Below, one piece after another: positions 23,042-33,267 of a DNA stretch of 64,000 bases. The notes beneath the pieces are model-generated. The model ran no database searches. It saw only the letters and a list, made by a program, of their open reading frames with translations, and was not told the DNA's origin. How positions within the stretch are numbered: position 1 is the first letter of the stretch; every line of letters begins with the position of its first letter. The translations under genes and the position numbers were made by a program. This DNA is from Phenylobacterium sp. (GTDB lineage Bacteria; Pseudomonadota; Alphaproteobacteria; Caulobacterales; Caulobacteraceae): assembly GCF_004299445.1 (NCBI RefSeq), contig NZ_SCTC01000057.1, positions 28,798 through 92,797 of the forward strand, given 5' to 3'.

Positions 23042-26000
23042 CGGCAGCCTCCGACAGGCGCTTCGGCGGGCTGGATGGGCGCGATGGGCTGGGCCTCGCG
23101 GGCGTAGGGGCCGACGGGGCGTGTGATCAGCTGGCTGACCGCGCCGGTGGAGCGGGCCGCCGGGCACTGCCCGCGCAGCACCTTGGAGGCGTCGAGCACC
23201 GACAGATCGCGACTGACCGTGCCGCTGGAGACGTCATACAGCCCTGTCTGAAGCCGGAAGTCGCCATCGACGTCCACCACGTTCAGCCGGTCGGTGGAGT
23301 TGATGAAATACCGGCTCTGGATCTGCACGTTCGCCCCGCGCTGCTGACCGAGGGCGAGGATGCGGCCGCCGTTCGAGATGATCGCGAGGGGGTCGACAAT
23401 GGTGATCGCCCCGCCCGTGCCCGGTCCCGACGACGTCTGGATAACGCCGGGCGCTTCAGCCCCCTCCAGGACGAAGAGGCCGGGCCGCTTGATGCTGATG
23501 CCGATCGCGCCCGCAGCGCCTGCGAACGAGTTCGTGGATATGCGGCCGCCGTTCGAGATGGTGAGGTTGGCCGCGTCGATCAGGACAGTGCCCGCGTCAC
23601 CCCCCGGGCCCATGAGGCCGCCAAAGCCGGGATTGCCGCTCTGGTTCTCGCTGCCGATGATCGATCCCAGACCGTCCACGCGCAGTTCGCCCGTCGCGAT
23701 GGTGATCAGCCCTGCTGGGTTGGGGTTGGTGGAAAGCGTCGAGATCGCACCGCTGTTCACAACCCTCAGCGTGTCTGAGGTTAGGAACAGCGCGTTTGCC
23801 GAGCCGGTAGCGCCGACCTCGGCCGACGAGGCGATGCGGCCGCCATCGACCGTCAGGGTCTTGGCCTCGATAGACACCTCGCCGGCGTCTCCGGCCCCGG
23901 CCGTCGAGGTGCTTATGCTGCCGCCGTCGCCCACGGTCAGATTGTCAGCGACCAGAATGACCGAGCCTGCCCTGCCGTCCGCGTTACGGCCGATGGCTTC
24001 GGACAGGATATTGCCACCGCCCTCCAGCGTAATCGTCTTGGCCTCGATGTTGACCGAGCCGGCGTTCCCTTCCGACCGGGTCTGGGAGCGGATCTCGCCG
24101 AAGTTGCGCACGGCGAGGATGTCGGAGCTGATGACGAGGTCGCCACCCCTTCCCGAGGAGTAGGTGTCGGATGAGATGAACCCGCCATTGTCGACCAGGA
24201 TCGACTTGGACACGACCGACACCGTCCCAGCGTTGCCGCCCTGCAGTGCGTCTGAACTGATGTAAGTGGACTCGAACCCGCCGCCATCGACCACCAGCTT
24301 GTCGGCGGAGATGACCACGTCGCCAGCGTCGCCGAGGTCGTAGCTGTCAGACGCGATCTGACCGCCGCGTTCCAGCAACAGGTCCTTGGCGACGACAGCG
24401 ATATTGCCGGCATTGCCCGACCCCCTCGCGTCGGAGGTTATCCGGCCACCCCTTCGCAAGATCGCGGTGTTCGTCTGAATGAAGATGTCGCCTGCATTGC
24501 CGGAGCCGAACGTCTCGCCGGTGATGGCTGTGAAGTCCCGACCGGCGCCATCCAGAACGATCTCGTCGGCATCGATGAAGATGCCGCCCCCCTCGCCGCT
24601 GGTCTTGGAGCCCGACGAGATGATCGCGTCGTTCATGAAGAGCTTGCCGGTCGTGATCGACACCTGGCCGGCGTCGCCGGTTCCCCTGCTCGCCTGAGAG
24701 GTAATCGACGCCTCATCGACCAGCTCGATCCGGCCTGCCGCGATGGTGACCGAACCGGCGTCACCAACGTCCAGGGCGTCGGAGCGGATACCGGACGCGG
24801 TCTGCATCCGCAGCAGATCCTTCACCGTCACGATGACGTCGCCGCCCGCGCCCTCACTGGATGAGGTGGATGTGATGCTTCCCTTCGCGCTCATGAAGAG
24901 CGTATCGGCGGTCACAGTGACCAGACCGGCGTCGCCTGTGGCAAAGCCGAAGGTGTCGGACTCGACCCTCGCTCCGTCACCGGTGATTTCGACATCTCGA
25001 CCCTCGATGAGGACGAAGCCGCCATCGGCTGCGCCCGTCGCGTTCGAGCGCACGGCCGTGTTGAGCAGCACGAGATCGCCCGTAGACCGCAGCAGAATGG
25101 CGCCGGGCGTGGCCCCCACGCCGTCCGCCGCGTCGTTCACCACCTCGGAATCGACGAAGAGGAGATCGCCGGTCTCGACCAGGATGCTGCCCGGCGATCC
25201 ATCGTCGATCGCGCCGGCGATCAACTTAGCCGTGTCGAGGAAGATGGAGGGCGTCCGGATGACGATCGTCCCGGCGGCTTGGCCCGTAAAGCTCGCGACC
25301 TGGAAGCTGGTGGCGATCCCGTCGATCCGTTCGGAGGCCTGGACGAAGAGGTCGCCGCTGGAAAACAGCCCGCTCGTCTGGATGTCGAGGGCGCCGCCGT
25401 TCACCCGCAACGAACGGGCGCCCACGCTGCTGTCCACCGCCCCCAGCAGACTTGAAGAGATCTGCATGCGTCCGCGCCCGGGGGTCGCCAGAGGGTTGAC
25501 GATCCGCACGGTTGACCGACCATCGCCCACCGCGCTCAGGTCCAGGCCGCGGGTGAGGATCTCGCTGTCGTCGATCACGAGGTTGCCAGCCGTGAACGAA
25601 AGCGTGGTCTCGGGCGCAGCGAAGGCGTCGCCGACGCCTTGAATATCGGGCCCGACCCCCAGGGCCGTGATGTCGCCCTGCCCGCCCAGGAACCCCCAGG
25701 CTTCGGGCGCCGCCACCGACAGTGTGGATCCGTTTGGCGTGGCGATGGCGAAGCGGTCGCCGTTGGCGAAACGAAGCTCGCCGGCGGTCGAGAAGTGCGC
25801 GGCCGACGGGACGTTCACCTGGGCGCCGGGGCCGAAGACGATGCCCGCCGGGTTCACGAAGTAGAACGTCGCGTTGGGCAGGGCCGTGGAGTCGATCGTC
25901 CCGTTGATCCGCGAAGCCTGGCCGCCGGTGACCCGGTTGATGACGTTGTTGACCGCCGCCGCGTCGCCGCCGCCCACCCAGCGGGCCGTGTCGCCGGCGC

Positions 26001-26208
26001 CCAGGTCGAACTGGCTGAAGCTGTGGAACAGGTTGCCCCCGGCGCGCGTGCCGCCCGCGATCGTGTAGGTGACGCCCGCCTGCCCTACGGTCGTGCCCAA
26101 CGCGCGTCCGGCGGCGACGTCGGGGCTGATGACCGTCTGGCCGACGGCGGCCAGCGGCCAGCCCGCCAGAACCAGACCCATCGCCGCGACAGCCCCTCTC
26201 AACGCCAC
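23038..26208 (-). CDS. TpsA-like filamentous haemagglutinin-domain exoprotein
   Basis: Signal peptide followed by a TPS domain (NLFHSFSQF, NVINRVTGGQASRINGTI, FYFVNPAGIVFG) and about 20 beta-helix repeats. Confidence 0.88.
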   Translation of the reverse strand: MALRGAVAAMGLVLAGWPLAAVGQTVISPDVAAGRALGTTVGQAGVTYTIAGGTRAGGNLFHSFSQFDLGAGDTARWVGGGDAAAVNNVINRVTGGQASRINGTIDSTALPNATFYFVNPAGIVFGPGAQVNVPSAAHFSTAGELRFANGDRFAIATPNGSTLSVAAPEAWGFLGGQGDITALGVGPDIQGVGDAFAAPETTLSFTAGNLVIDDSEILTRGLDLSAVGDGRSTVRIVNPLATPGRGRMQISSSLLGAVDSSVGARSLRVNGGALDIQTSGLFSSGDLFVQASERIDGIATSFQVASFTGQAAGTIVIRTPSIFLDTAKLIAGAIDDGSPGSILVETGDLLFVDSEVVNDAADGVGATPGAILLRSTGDLVLLNTAVRSNATGAADGGFVLIEGRDVEITGDGARVESDTFGFATGDAGLVTVTADTLFMSAKGSITSTSSSEGAGGDVIVTVKDLLRMQTASGIRSDALDVGDAGSVTIAAGRIELVDEASITSQASRGTGDAGQVSITTGKLFMNDAIISSGSKTSGEGGGIFIDADEIVLDGAGRDFTAITGETFGSGNAGDIFIQTNTAILRRGGRITSDARGSGNAGNIAVVAKDLLLERGGQIASDSYDLGDAGDVVISADKLVVDGGGFESTYISSDALQGGNAGTVSVVSKSILVDNGGFISSDTYSSGRGGDLVISSDILAVRNFGEIRSQTRSEGNAGSVNIEAKTITLEGGGNILSEAIGRNADGRAGSVILVADNLTVGDGGSISTSTAGAGDAGEVSIEAKTLTVDGGRIASSAEVGATGSANALFLTSDTLRVVNSGAISTLSTNPNPAGLITIATGELRVDGLGSIIGSENQSGNPGFGGLMGPGGDAGTVLIDAANLTISNGGRISTNSFAGAAGAIGISIKRPGLFVLEGAEAPGVIQTSSGPGTGGAITIVDPLAIISNGGRILALGQQRGANVQIQSRYFINSTDRLNVVDVDGDFRLQTGLYDVSSGTVSRDLSVLDASKVLRGQCPAARSTGAVSQLITRPVGPYAREAQPIAPIQPAEAPVGGCR
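23320..25290 (-). repeat. imperfect ~28-33 aa beta-helix repeats in TpsA
   Basis: Recurrent G[ND]AGx[VI]x[IV]x(A/T)xxLx(L/V)xxGGxIxSx(T/A) units, about 20-23 by eye. Boundaries approximate. Confidence 0.8.
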
Positions 26209-28592
26209 GCTCCCAGCAGGGTGAAAGCCGCCCAGATGTTGGGGTTGGCCAGGTCTCCGCCCTGGGCGATCAAGGACAGCTGGGCCTCGCGCAGCGCCTC
26301 GGACTTGGAGCGGCCCTCACGGTAGCGGCCATAAAAGCTCTTCATCAGTTCGGCCGTGCCGGCGTCGCTGACCGGCCACAGCGAGGCGATGGCGCTTCTG
26401 GCGCCCGCCTGCACGGCCGCGCCGGCCAGGCCCATGCTGGCCTCGTCGTCCCCAACCGCCGTCTCGCAAGCGCTGAGGATCAGGAGGTCCAGTTCGCCGC
26501 CACGCGTGCGATTTGCGCTCAGGATCTGGCGTAGTTCCGACAGCAGGATCACCTCGCCGTTGGCGACGATGAACGCGCGGTCCGAGCGGCCGTTGAACGA
26601 GGCGTGGGTGGCCAGGTGCAGGACGTCGACCTGCTCGCGGGTCAGCGCGCCCACGAGATCGGCCTTGCTGAAGTTCTCGATCACCCACGAGCGCTGAATG
26701 CGCTTGCCGTCGGTGACCGCGGCCAGGCGCGCCTCGGCGCCGGTGCCGTCCAGCTTCTCGAAGCGGCCGGCCGGGACGCGGACCTCCATCTCCAGGGAGG
26801 CGGCGACCAGCTGCTGGTTCTGGGCCTGGATGCCGCCCGCTTGGGAGTAGGCCAGTGCGGGAGCGATCGTGACGCGCGTCTTCTCGACCAGGTAGCGGTT
26901 CTGGCTGTCGATCAGCACCGAGAACGGCAGGCTGCGCAGGGCCCCGTCGGGCACGACCGCCAACAGCGACCCAGGGGTCAGCTCGGCCTCGATCGGCTTG
27001 ATCAGGATGTCGTAGAGTTGCCGCGAGGCGGCGCGCCAGCTGTCGTCCTCGCCGCCGCTCAGCGAAACGACCGCCGCTTCCACAAGGCGCGCCACGTCCT
27101 GGCGATTGACGCTGCGATTGGGCGGCAGACGGCGAAACTCGGCCCCGGCCTGGCCGCCGGCCACATACAGCATCTCCAGCCGGTCGGGCAGCAGGATCGG
27201 ATAGAGCAACACCTCGCCTGGCCGCAGGGCCTCGGGCTTGAGTGGGTCGCGGGCGGGGATGCACTCGCTGCCGAAGACGCTCTGCAGCTCGGCCTGCCGA
27301 TAGGCCTCAAGGATCTGCTGCGCGCTCTTCACGCGGATCGCGGCGCCGGCGTCGGCGGCGCCGGCCAGCTGGACGTCGACCGCCCCCTGGAACACGCGGC
27401 GCATGTAGAGCGAGAACGCCGTCTCCTCGGTCAGCGGGTCGAACCTGGGCAGCAGCGGCCGGATCGCTTCCAGCGCCTCGTAGGCGGCCAGCACGTGGGC
27501 CTCGCGGTTGGCCGGGTCGAACTCGGAGAGCAGCAGGTGGAACTCAGGCAGGCGCGCCGGGAGGCTCCGCTGCGCCTCGAGCAGCAGCGCCTGGTCCATC
27601 ATCTGCCGCGCCGCATTGGCGTCGCCGTTCGCCGCGGCCATTCGCGCGTCGAGGGCGGTCGCGTAGGCCTGGGCCGCCGGGGCAGAGGACACGCGCATGG
27701 CGGCGGTGACCCCGCTCATGCCGTCCAGCGGACCGCCAGCGTCGAGATAGGCCGACAGCAGCCGGCCCAAAAGCTCGGCGCGGAGGGTCGGATCCTGGAT
27801 CTTGCGCGCGTCGGCCATGCCGTGGGCGGCCACGCCGACGGCTTCGCGCCGGAATTCGGCCGCCGCCGCGGCGTTCGTCTCGGCGACAGAGAGGCGCAGG
27901 CGAGCCAGCCGCAACTCGGCCAGCGCGGCCGTACGGTGGTCCTCGTTCGCGTGGGCCTGTTGCGCGGCGCAGCCCAGCGAGGCCACCGACAACGACAGGC
28001 TCGAGCTGACCACGAAGCTGGTGCGCATCAGCGCGACGCAGGGGTCGTCGCCCAGTTGCCCGACTTCGCGGGCGGCTTCCGACGGGCCGCGACTGGCCCG
28101 CCGGCCACCGCCACGGGTGCCCGTGGCCGGCGTCCCCGACAGCGAAACGAGACCCAGGCGATAGGCGGCCATGGAGGCGGGACCGCGGAGGTTCGCGCGG
28201 CTGGCCGTCTGGAACGCGCCCAGCAGGTAGGTCTGAGCCTGCAGCTGGCTGCCCTGGGCGCTGACCCGCATCAGTTCGCCGGCGGCCGAGCAGTACTCCG
28301 CGATCGCCAACGGCGACGGGCGTTCAGGACCCGACCCGCGCAGCTCCAGCGAAGGGGCGATCTCGGCGAACGGGTCTGCGGCCCCGCGCCGGGCCAGGCG
28401 GGACTCCGCCATTTCGGCGGCCTGTTGCAGCGCGCCGGCGCTGGGATAGGTCGGCAGGGTGACGTCGCCGGACGGGAGGCACAGGTCGTCGGTCAAGGCC
28501 GCGCGGGCCACGTCAGGCGACGCCGCCAGCACCCCAGACACCACCGCAGCCCCCGCCGCAGCCCACAGCCGTGTGACGCCCCCACGTCCCAT
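26199..28592 (-). CDS. CHAT domain (caspase/HetF-like) protease with N-terminal signal peptide and helical TPR-like region
   Basis: LAVVPDGALRSLPF, catalytic His in LHLATHA (26604-26606), Cys in LSACETA (26466-26468), SLWPVSD, HetF-type ending WAAFTLLGAWR. Confidence 0.92.
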   Translation of the reverse strand: MGRGGVTRLWAAAGAAVVSGVLAASPDVARAALTDDLCLPSGDVTLPTYPSAGALQQAAEMAESRLARRGAADPFAEIAPSLELRGSGPERPSPLAIAEYCSAAGELMRVSAQGSQLQAQTYLLGAFQTASRANLRGPASMAAYRLGLVSLSGTPATGTRGGGRRASRGPSEAAREVGQLGDDPCVALMRTSFVVSSSLSLSVASLGCAAQQAHANEDHRTAALAELRLARLRLSVAETNAAAAAEFRREAVGVAAHGMADARKIQDPTLRAELLGRLLSAYLDAGGPLDGMSGVTAAMRVSSAPAAQAYATALDARMAAANGDANAARQMMDQALLLEAQRSLPARLPEFHLLLSEFDPANREAHVLAAYEALEAIRPLLPRFDPLTEETAFSLYMRRVFQGAVDVQLAGAADAGAAIRVKSAQQILEAYRQAELQSVFGSECIPARDPLKPEALRPGEVLLYPILLPDRLEMLYVAGGQAGAEFRRLPPNRSVNRQDVARLVEAAVVSLSGGEDDSWRAASRQLYDILIKPIEAELTPGSLLAVVPDGALRSLPFSVLIDSQNRYLVEKTRVTIAPALAYSQAGGIQAQNQQLVAASLEMEVRVPAGRFEKLDGTGAEARLAAVTDGKRIQRSWVIENFSKADLVGALTREQVDVLHLATHASFNGRSDRAFIVANGEVILLSELRQILSANRTRGGELDLLILSACETAVGDDEASMGLAGAAVQAGARSAIASLWPVSDAGTAELMKSFYGRYREGRSKSEALREAQLSLIAQGGDLANPNIWAAFTLLGAWR

Positions 28593-28671
28593 CTCTACCC
28601 CCAGGACTTGGACCTACTGTGCCCGCGTGTTGGGGGTCGCTGTCAATGTATGGCAGCGCAAGACCCCGCCC

Positions 28672-29463
28672 TCAGGCCATGCCACGCGTGAGATCGCGAC
28701 GGCTGGCGTCGCCCAGCTGGGATCCGCCGTCGCAGTCCAAGATCGTGCCCGTGACGTAGCTCGCGGAAGAGCTGCAGAGGAAGACGGCGGCCTCGGCCAC
28801 CTCGTCGATACGGCCCCAGCGCTTGAGCGGAATGCGTTCCTGGTGGCCGCCGTCGGCCGACGCGCCGGGCGCGAGCCGGCTCATGCCCTCCGTGCCGGCG
28901 ATCGGGCCCGGGGAGATGCCGTTCACGCGCACCTCGGGGCCCCACTCCATGGCCAGCACCCGGATAACCTGGTTGATGCCGGCCTTGGCGGCGCAGGCGT
29001 GGATCTGCAGCGGCGAGGCGTTCACGGCCTGGCCCGCGGTGATGGCGATCAGCGATGCGCCGGGCCGCGCCAACAGGTCGTAGCAGCCCCGGAACACGTT
29101 GAAGGTGCCGTTGAGGTCGATGTCGACGACGGTGCGGAAGGCGTTAGCCGACATGCCCAGCGCCGGGGCCAGGAAGTTGCCGGCCGCGCCCGAGATGACG
29201 ATGTCGAGCGCGCCCATCTCGCCCGCGGCATGCTCCATGGCGCCGCGGATCGCGGCGTAGTCGCGAACGTCGGCGGTGAGACCCAGCGCGCCCTGCCCGA
29301 TCTCGGCGGCGGCGTTCGCGGCCTTCTCCGGGTTGCGACCCAGCACGGCCACCTTGGCCCCCAGTTCGGCGAACCGCTTGGCGATGCCGAGATTGATGCC
29401 GCTGGTGCCGCCGGCCACAAACGCCGTCTTGCCGACCAGCAGGTTGTCCTTGAATGCGCTCAC
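28672..29463 (-). CDS. SDR, 2,4-dienoyl-CoA reductase-like
   Basis: [30 protein letters not shown], HxxxK (HACAAK) in place of Yxxx[12 protein letters not shown]. Confidence 0.85.
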   Translation of the reverse strand: MSAFKDNLLVGKTAFVAGGTSGINLGIAKRFAELGAKVAVLGRNPEKAANAAAEIGQGALGLTADVRDYAAIRGAMEHAAGEMGALDIVISGAAGNFLAPALGMSANAFRTVVDIDLNGTFNVFRGCYDLLARPGASLIAITAGQAVNASPLQIHACAAKAGINQVIRVLAMEWGPEVRVNGISPGPIAGTEGMSRLAPGASADGGHQERIPLKRWGRIDEVAEAAVFLCSSSASYVTGTILDCDGGSQLGDASRRDLTRGMA

Positions 29464-29609
29464 GTCCCGCTCCCTACGAAGTGTGGCGGCCGTGATGGAC
29501 GTCTGCCCCTACGGATGGGAAGTCGGTTGGCGTCCGCCTCGGCAGGGTCGTAACGTCAGGCTGGACCCGCCCGAGCCGCCGCGAGAGCCGCCGGGACGAG
29601 GTCGGGGAG

Positions 29610-32600
29610 ATGTCCATGCTCAAGCGTGTCCTGATCGCCAACCGCGGCGAGATCGCCATTCGGATCGCCCGCGCCGCGGCCGCACTTGGGATCGAGAGCG
29701 TCGCCGTCTACGCCCCCGCCGACGTGCGGGGACTGCACACGAGGTCCGCGACGCGGGCTATGGCGATCGGCGCCGGTGCGGGCGATGCGTTGGCGCCCTA
29801 CCTGGATATCGACGCCATGATTGCGGCCGCCCAGGCGGCGGGATGCGACAGCGTACATCCAGGCTATGGCTTCCTGTCGGAGAACGCGGCCTTCGCGCGG
29901 CGCTGTCTGGCCGAGGGACTGACCTTCGTGGGCCCGCCTCCCGCGGCGCTGGAACTGTTCGGCGACAAGGTGAAGGCGCGCACACTGGCCGCCTCGCTCG
30001 GCGTGCCGACGGTTGCCGGGAGCGCAGGGACGCTGTCCACGGTCCAGGCGGCGGCCGAGGCGGCGGAGGCCGTGGGCTATCCGGTGATGCTGAAGGCTGC
30101 GGCCGGCGGCGGCGGGCGGGGCATGCGCCGGGTGGACGGGCCGGCTGAGCTGGAGGCCGCGCTCGCCCGCTGCCGCAGCGAAGCCGAGGCCGCGTTCGGC
30201 GATGGATCGGTGTTCCTGGAGAAGCTCATCGAGCGGCCGCGGCACATCGAGGTGCAGGTGCTGGCCGACGCCAAGGGCGACATCGTCCACCTGTGGGAGC
30301 GTGACTGTTCGGTCCAGCTGCGGAACCAGAAGGTCGTGGAAGTCGCTCCGGCGGCGGGGTTGCCCCCCGAACTCAGGACGGCGATCCTGGCCGACGCGGT
30401 TCGGCTGGCGAAGGCCGGCGGATGTCTGAACGCGGGGACAGTTGAGTTCCTGGTCTCGCCGGAGACCGGGCGGCACGTCTTCATCGAGTGCAACCCGCGC
30501 ATCCAGGTGGAGCACACGGTCACCGAGGAGGTGACGGGCGTCGACCTCGTCGAGGCTCAGTTCCGGATCGCGGCGGGCGCGACACTGGGAGACCTGGGAC
30601 TGGACGCGCCGCCACCGGCGCGCGGGTTCGCCGTGCAGGCGCGGGTGACCGCCACGGGGCCAGGAACGCTGGACGGCTACAAGGAGCCGACCGGGCCGGG
30701 CGTGCGCGTGGACAGCTGCGGCTACCCCGGGCTCACGCCGCCGCCTCAGTTCGACCCGATGTTCGCCAAGGTGATCGCGCGGGCGGGGACGCTGGCGGGC
30801 GCTGTCGAGCGGTGCGAGCGCGCGCTCAGTGAATTCCACATCGCCGGCCTGCCAACCAACCTGGCGCAGTTGCGAGCGATCCTGGCGGAGCCCTCGGTGG
30901 CGGCCGGCGACGCTCGTACGACCTTGCTGGCGGAGCGCCCCGGGCTGGGTTCCGCCACTCCCCCTCCCTCCCCGTCCCTGTCCCTGCTGGGGGCCCCTCG
31001 GTCCGGCCCGGGAGACGCACCGGCCCCGCCCGCGCTGGCGCTGGAAGCCGGCGAGGAGGGTATCGAGAGCCCGATGGGCGGATCGGTGATCGAGATCTCG
31101 GTCGCCGTCGGTGCGAACGTCGCGGCGGGGGACACCCTGATGGTGGTCAGCGCCATGAAGATGGAGACATCCGTCACCGCCCCATGCGCGGGCGTGGTGA
31201 CGCGGCTGGCGACACTGGAGGCGGGATCGGCCGTCGCGGCCGGCCAGATCGTCGCCGCCCTCGCCCCCACGAAAGGCGCCGGGACGTCGGCGCCGCGCAC
31301 CTATGGCGAGGACAGCTGGGCGCCGACGGTGCGCCAGGTGGAGGCGCTCCAGGCGATCGCCCACGCACGCTTCGCCCCCGACACCCAGGACCCGGGTGTG
31401 ATCCGGCAGCGCAACCGCCAGAAACTGTCCTGCCGGGAGCGGATCGATCTCCTCCTCGACGATGGCAGCTTCCGCGAAGTGGGCAGCCTGGCCGGCTTTG
31501 CGAGCTATGACGCGGACGGCGGCATCGCCGATTTCACCCCCGCAAACCACGTGGGCGGCTGGGGCGCGGTGGAGGGCCGGCGCACCATCGTCTGCGCCGA
31601 CGATTTCACATCGCGCGGCGGCCATTCGGACGGGGCGATCGGGCAGAAGAGCCGCTACCTGGACGAGCTTTCGATCACGCAGCGCTGTCCCTCGGTCCGC
31701 CTGCTGGACGGCTCCTCGGGCGGCGGCAGCGTGGCCACGATGGTGCCGAAGTCCGAGACAGGCGGGAGCGCCGCAAAGGAGAGTTCCGGCGCGATCACCG
31801 CAGGGCGGCCCCGAGTGTCCGGCGGCGGCGGCTCGTTCCTCCCAGGGCACCTGGGCAGCGAGATGTACGCGCAGCAGTTGGCCACTGTGCCGGTGGTGAA
31901 CCTGTTGCTGGGCAGCGTGGTGGGGATCGGCGCAGCCAAAGCCGTGCTGGGGCACTTCTCGGTTATGGTGCGCGATATCGCTCAGCTGTTCGTTGCAGGC
32001 CCCCCGGTCGTGGCCCACGCCATGGGCTATGAGATCACCAAGGAAGACCTGGGCGACTGGCGGGTTCACGCCCGCAATGGGTCCGTGGACAACCTGGCCG
32101 AGTCCGAGGCGGACGCGGTGGCGCAGGCCCGCCGTTTCCTCAGCTATCTGCCACCCAGCGTCTACGACGCCCCGCCCCGGAGGCCCTGCGATGACTCGCC
32201 CGATCGGCGCGAGGAAGAACTGTTCACGATCGTGCCACGCAAACGCACGACCACGTTCGACATGCGCCGCGCGATCCGGCTGATGGCGGACAAGGGCAGC
32301 TTCTTCGAGATCGGGGCGCTGTGGGGCTCGGACCAGATCGTGGGCTTCGCACGCTTCAACGGCGTGCCCGTCGGCGTGCTGGCCTCGGACAGCCGGCACG
32401 AGAACGGGGGGGCGCTGACCGCCGACGGCTGCGACAAGCTCAAGCGCCACCTGGATCTCTGCGACCTGTTCCACCTTCCGGTCGTGAACCTGGTGGACAA
32501 TCCGGGCTTCGCGGTCGGCCGCGAGCACGAGATCGCCGGCACGATCCGCAAGGGGGGCGAGTGGATGATCGCCTTCGCCCAGGTCAGCGTGCCGATCTTC

Positions 32601-32966
32601 ACGGTGATTATGCGCCGCAGCTTCGGCGTGGCGGGCAACAACTATGCGACGCCCAAGGCCGGCGCCGGCGCGCGGGTCGTCTGGCCGGCGGCCGACGTGG
32701 GCGGAATCCCGCCGGAGGGCGGCATCGAGGCGGCCTACAAGCGCCAGTTGGCCGAGGCGGCCGATCCCGTGGCGCTGCGCGCCGAGATCGAGGCGCGGAT
32801 TGAAAGCGTGCGTGGACCGCTGGGGCCGCTGAATCGCTTCCAGATGGAGGAGATGATCGACCCGCGCGACACCCGCGCCTGGATCTGCGACTGGGTCGAG
32901 AACGCCTGGCGCGTGGTCACTCAGCCCGCGCGCCTCGGGCCGCGACCACTCGGATTCCGGCCCTAG
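29610..32966 (+). CDS. single-chain BC-BCCP-CT acyl-CoA carboxylase (LCC-like architecture)
   Basis: BC motifs [35 protein letters not shown]; biotinylation site AMKM; C-terminal carboxyltransferase repeats ([18 protein letters not shown]). Confidence 0.9.
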   Translation: MSMLKRVLIANRGEIAIRIARAAAALGIESVAVYAPADVRGLHTRSATRAMAIGAGAGDALAPYLDIDAMIAAAQAAGCDSVHPGYGFLSENAAFARRCLAEGLTFVGPPPAALELFGDKVKARTLAASLGVPTVAGSAGTLSTVQAAAEAAEAVGYPVMLKAAAGGGGRGMRRVDGPAELEAALARCRSEAEAAFGDGSVFLEKLIERPRHIEVQVLADAKGDIVHLWERDCSVQLRNQKVVEVAPAAGLPPELRTAILADAVRLAKAGGCLNAGTVEFLVSPETGRHVFIECNPRIQVEHTVTEEVTGVDLVEAQFRIAAGATLGDLGLDAPPPARGFAVQARVTATGPGTLDGYKEPTGPGVRVDSCGYPGLTPPPQFDPMFAKVIARAGTLAGAVERCERALSEFHIAGLPTNLAQLRAILAEPSVAAGDARTTLLAERPGLGSATPPPSPSLSLLGAPRSGPGDAPAPPALALEAGEEGIESPMGGSVIEISVAVGANVAAGDTLMVVSAMKMETSVTAPCAGVVTRLATLEAGSAVAAGQIVAALAPTKGAGTSAPRTYGEDSWAPTVRQVEALQAIAHARFAPDTQDPGVIRQRNRQKLSCRERIDLLLDDGSFREVGSLAGFASYDADGGIADFTPANHVGGWGAVEGRRTIVCADDFTSRGGHSDGAIGQKSRYLDELSITQRCPSVRLLDGSSGGGSVATMVPKSETGGSAAKESSGAITAGRPRVSGGGGSFLPGHLGSEMYAQQLATVPVVNLLLGSVVGIGAAKAVLGHFSVMVRDIAQLFVAGPPVVAHAMGYEITKEDLGDWRVHARNGSVDNLAESEADAVAQARRFLSYLPPSVYDAPPRRPCDDSPDRREEELFTIVPRKRTTTFDMRRAIRLMADKGSFFEIGALWGSDQIVGFARFNGVPVGVLASDSRHENGGALTADGCDKLKRHLDLCDLFHLPVVNLVDNPGFAVGREHEIAGTIRKGGEWMIAFAQVSVPIFTVIMRRSFGVAGNNYATPKAGAGARVVWPAADVGGIPPEGGIEAAYKRQLAEAADPVALRAEIEARIESVRGPLGPLNRFQMEEMIDPRDTRAWICDWVENAWRVVTQPARLGPRPLGFRP

Positions 32967-33267
32967 CTCGAGCAGCGTCGGCGCCTCGCCTGGAGGTCTC
33001 GCCTCGGCGGGATGCCCGAGCGGCCCAGTACACGCCACGCGACGTCCACCTCGACCGATGGACGTAGCCGCATTGTCGCGGTAGCGTCCGACGCAGCAAT
33101 CGGGGCGGCGAACACCGCCTCTATTGGACGGGGCCAGAGGACGGGGCTGGGGTGCAAGGTCAGAGTCGCGATACCCGCCCTGTGAATCTTGGCGGATGCA
33201 CGCTGTCTTCAAGACTGCGTCTTTGCCGACGTTTCGAGGAAGCGTCTTTCACCTTCAAGGGCGCGGC

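Noticed and set aside
21176-26208. Contact-dependent inhibition (CdiBAI) locus
   Set aside because: TpsA is only about 1050 aa, with no pre-toxin motif, toxin domain or immunity gene.
26199-28592. CHAT protein as a Craspase (type III-E CRISPR) component
   Set aside because: There is no Cas7-11/gRAMP gene or CRISPR array in the window, and the protein has a signal peptide and TPS neighbours.
29556-33212. 1218-aa minus-strand ORF, and other long antisense ORFs (9303-11261, 12190-13545, 21167-23107, 26604-28691, 39244-41217, 59938-61782)
   Set aside because: These are shadow frames opposite well-supported genes. They are Arg/Gly/Ala/Pro-rich with no motifs, as expected from stop-codon scarcity in high-GC DNA.
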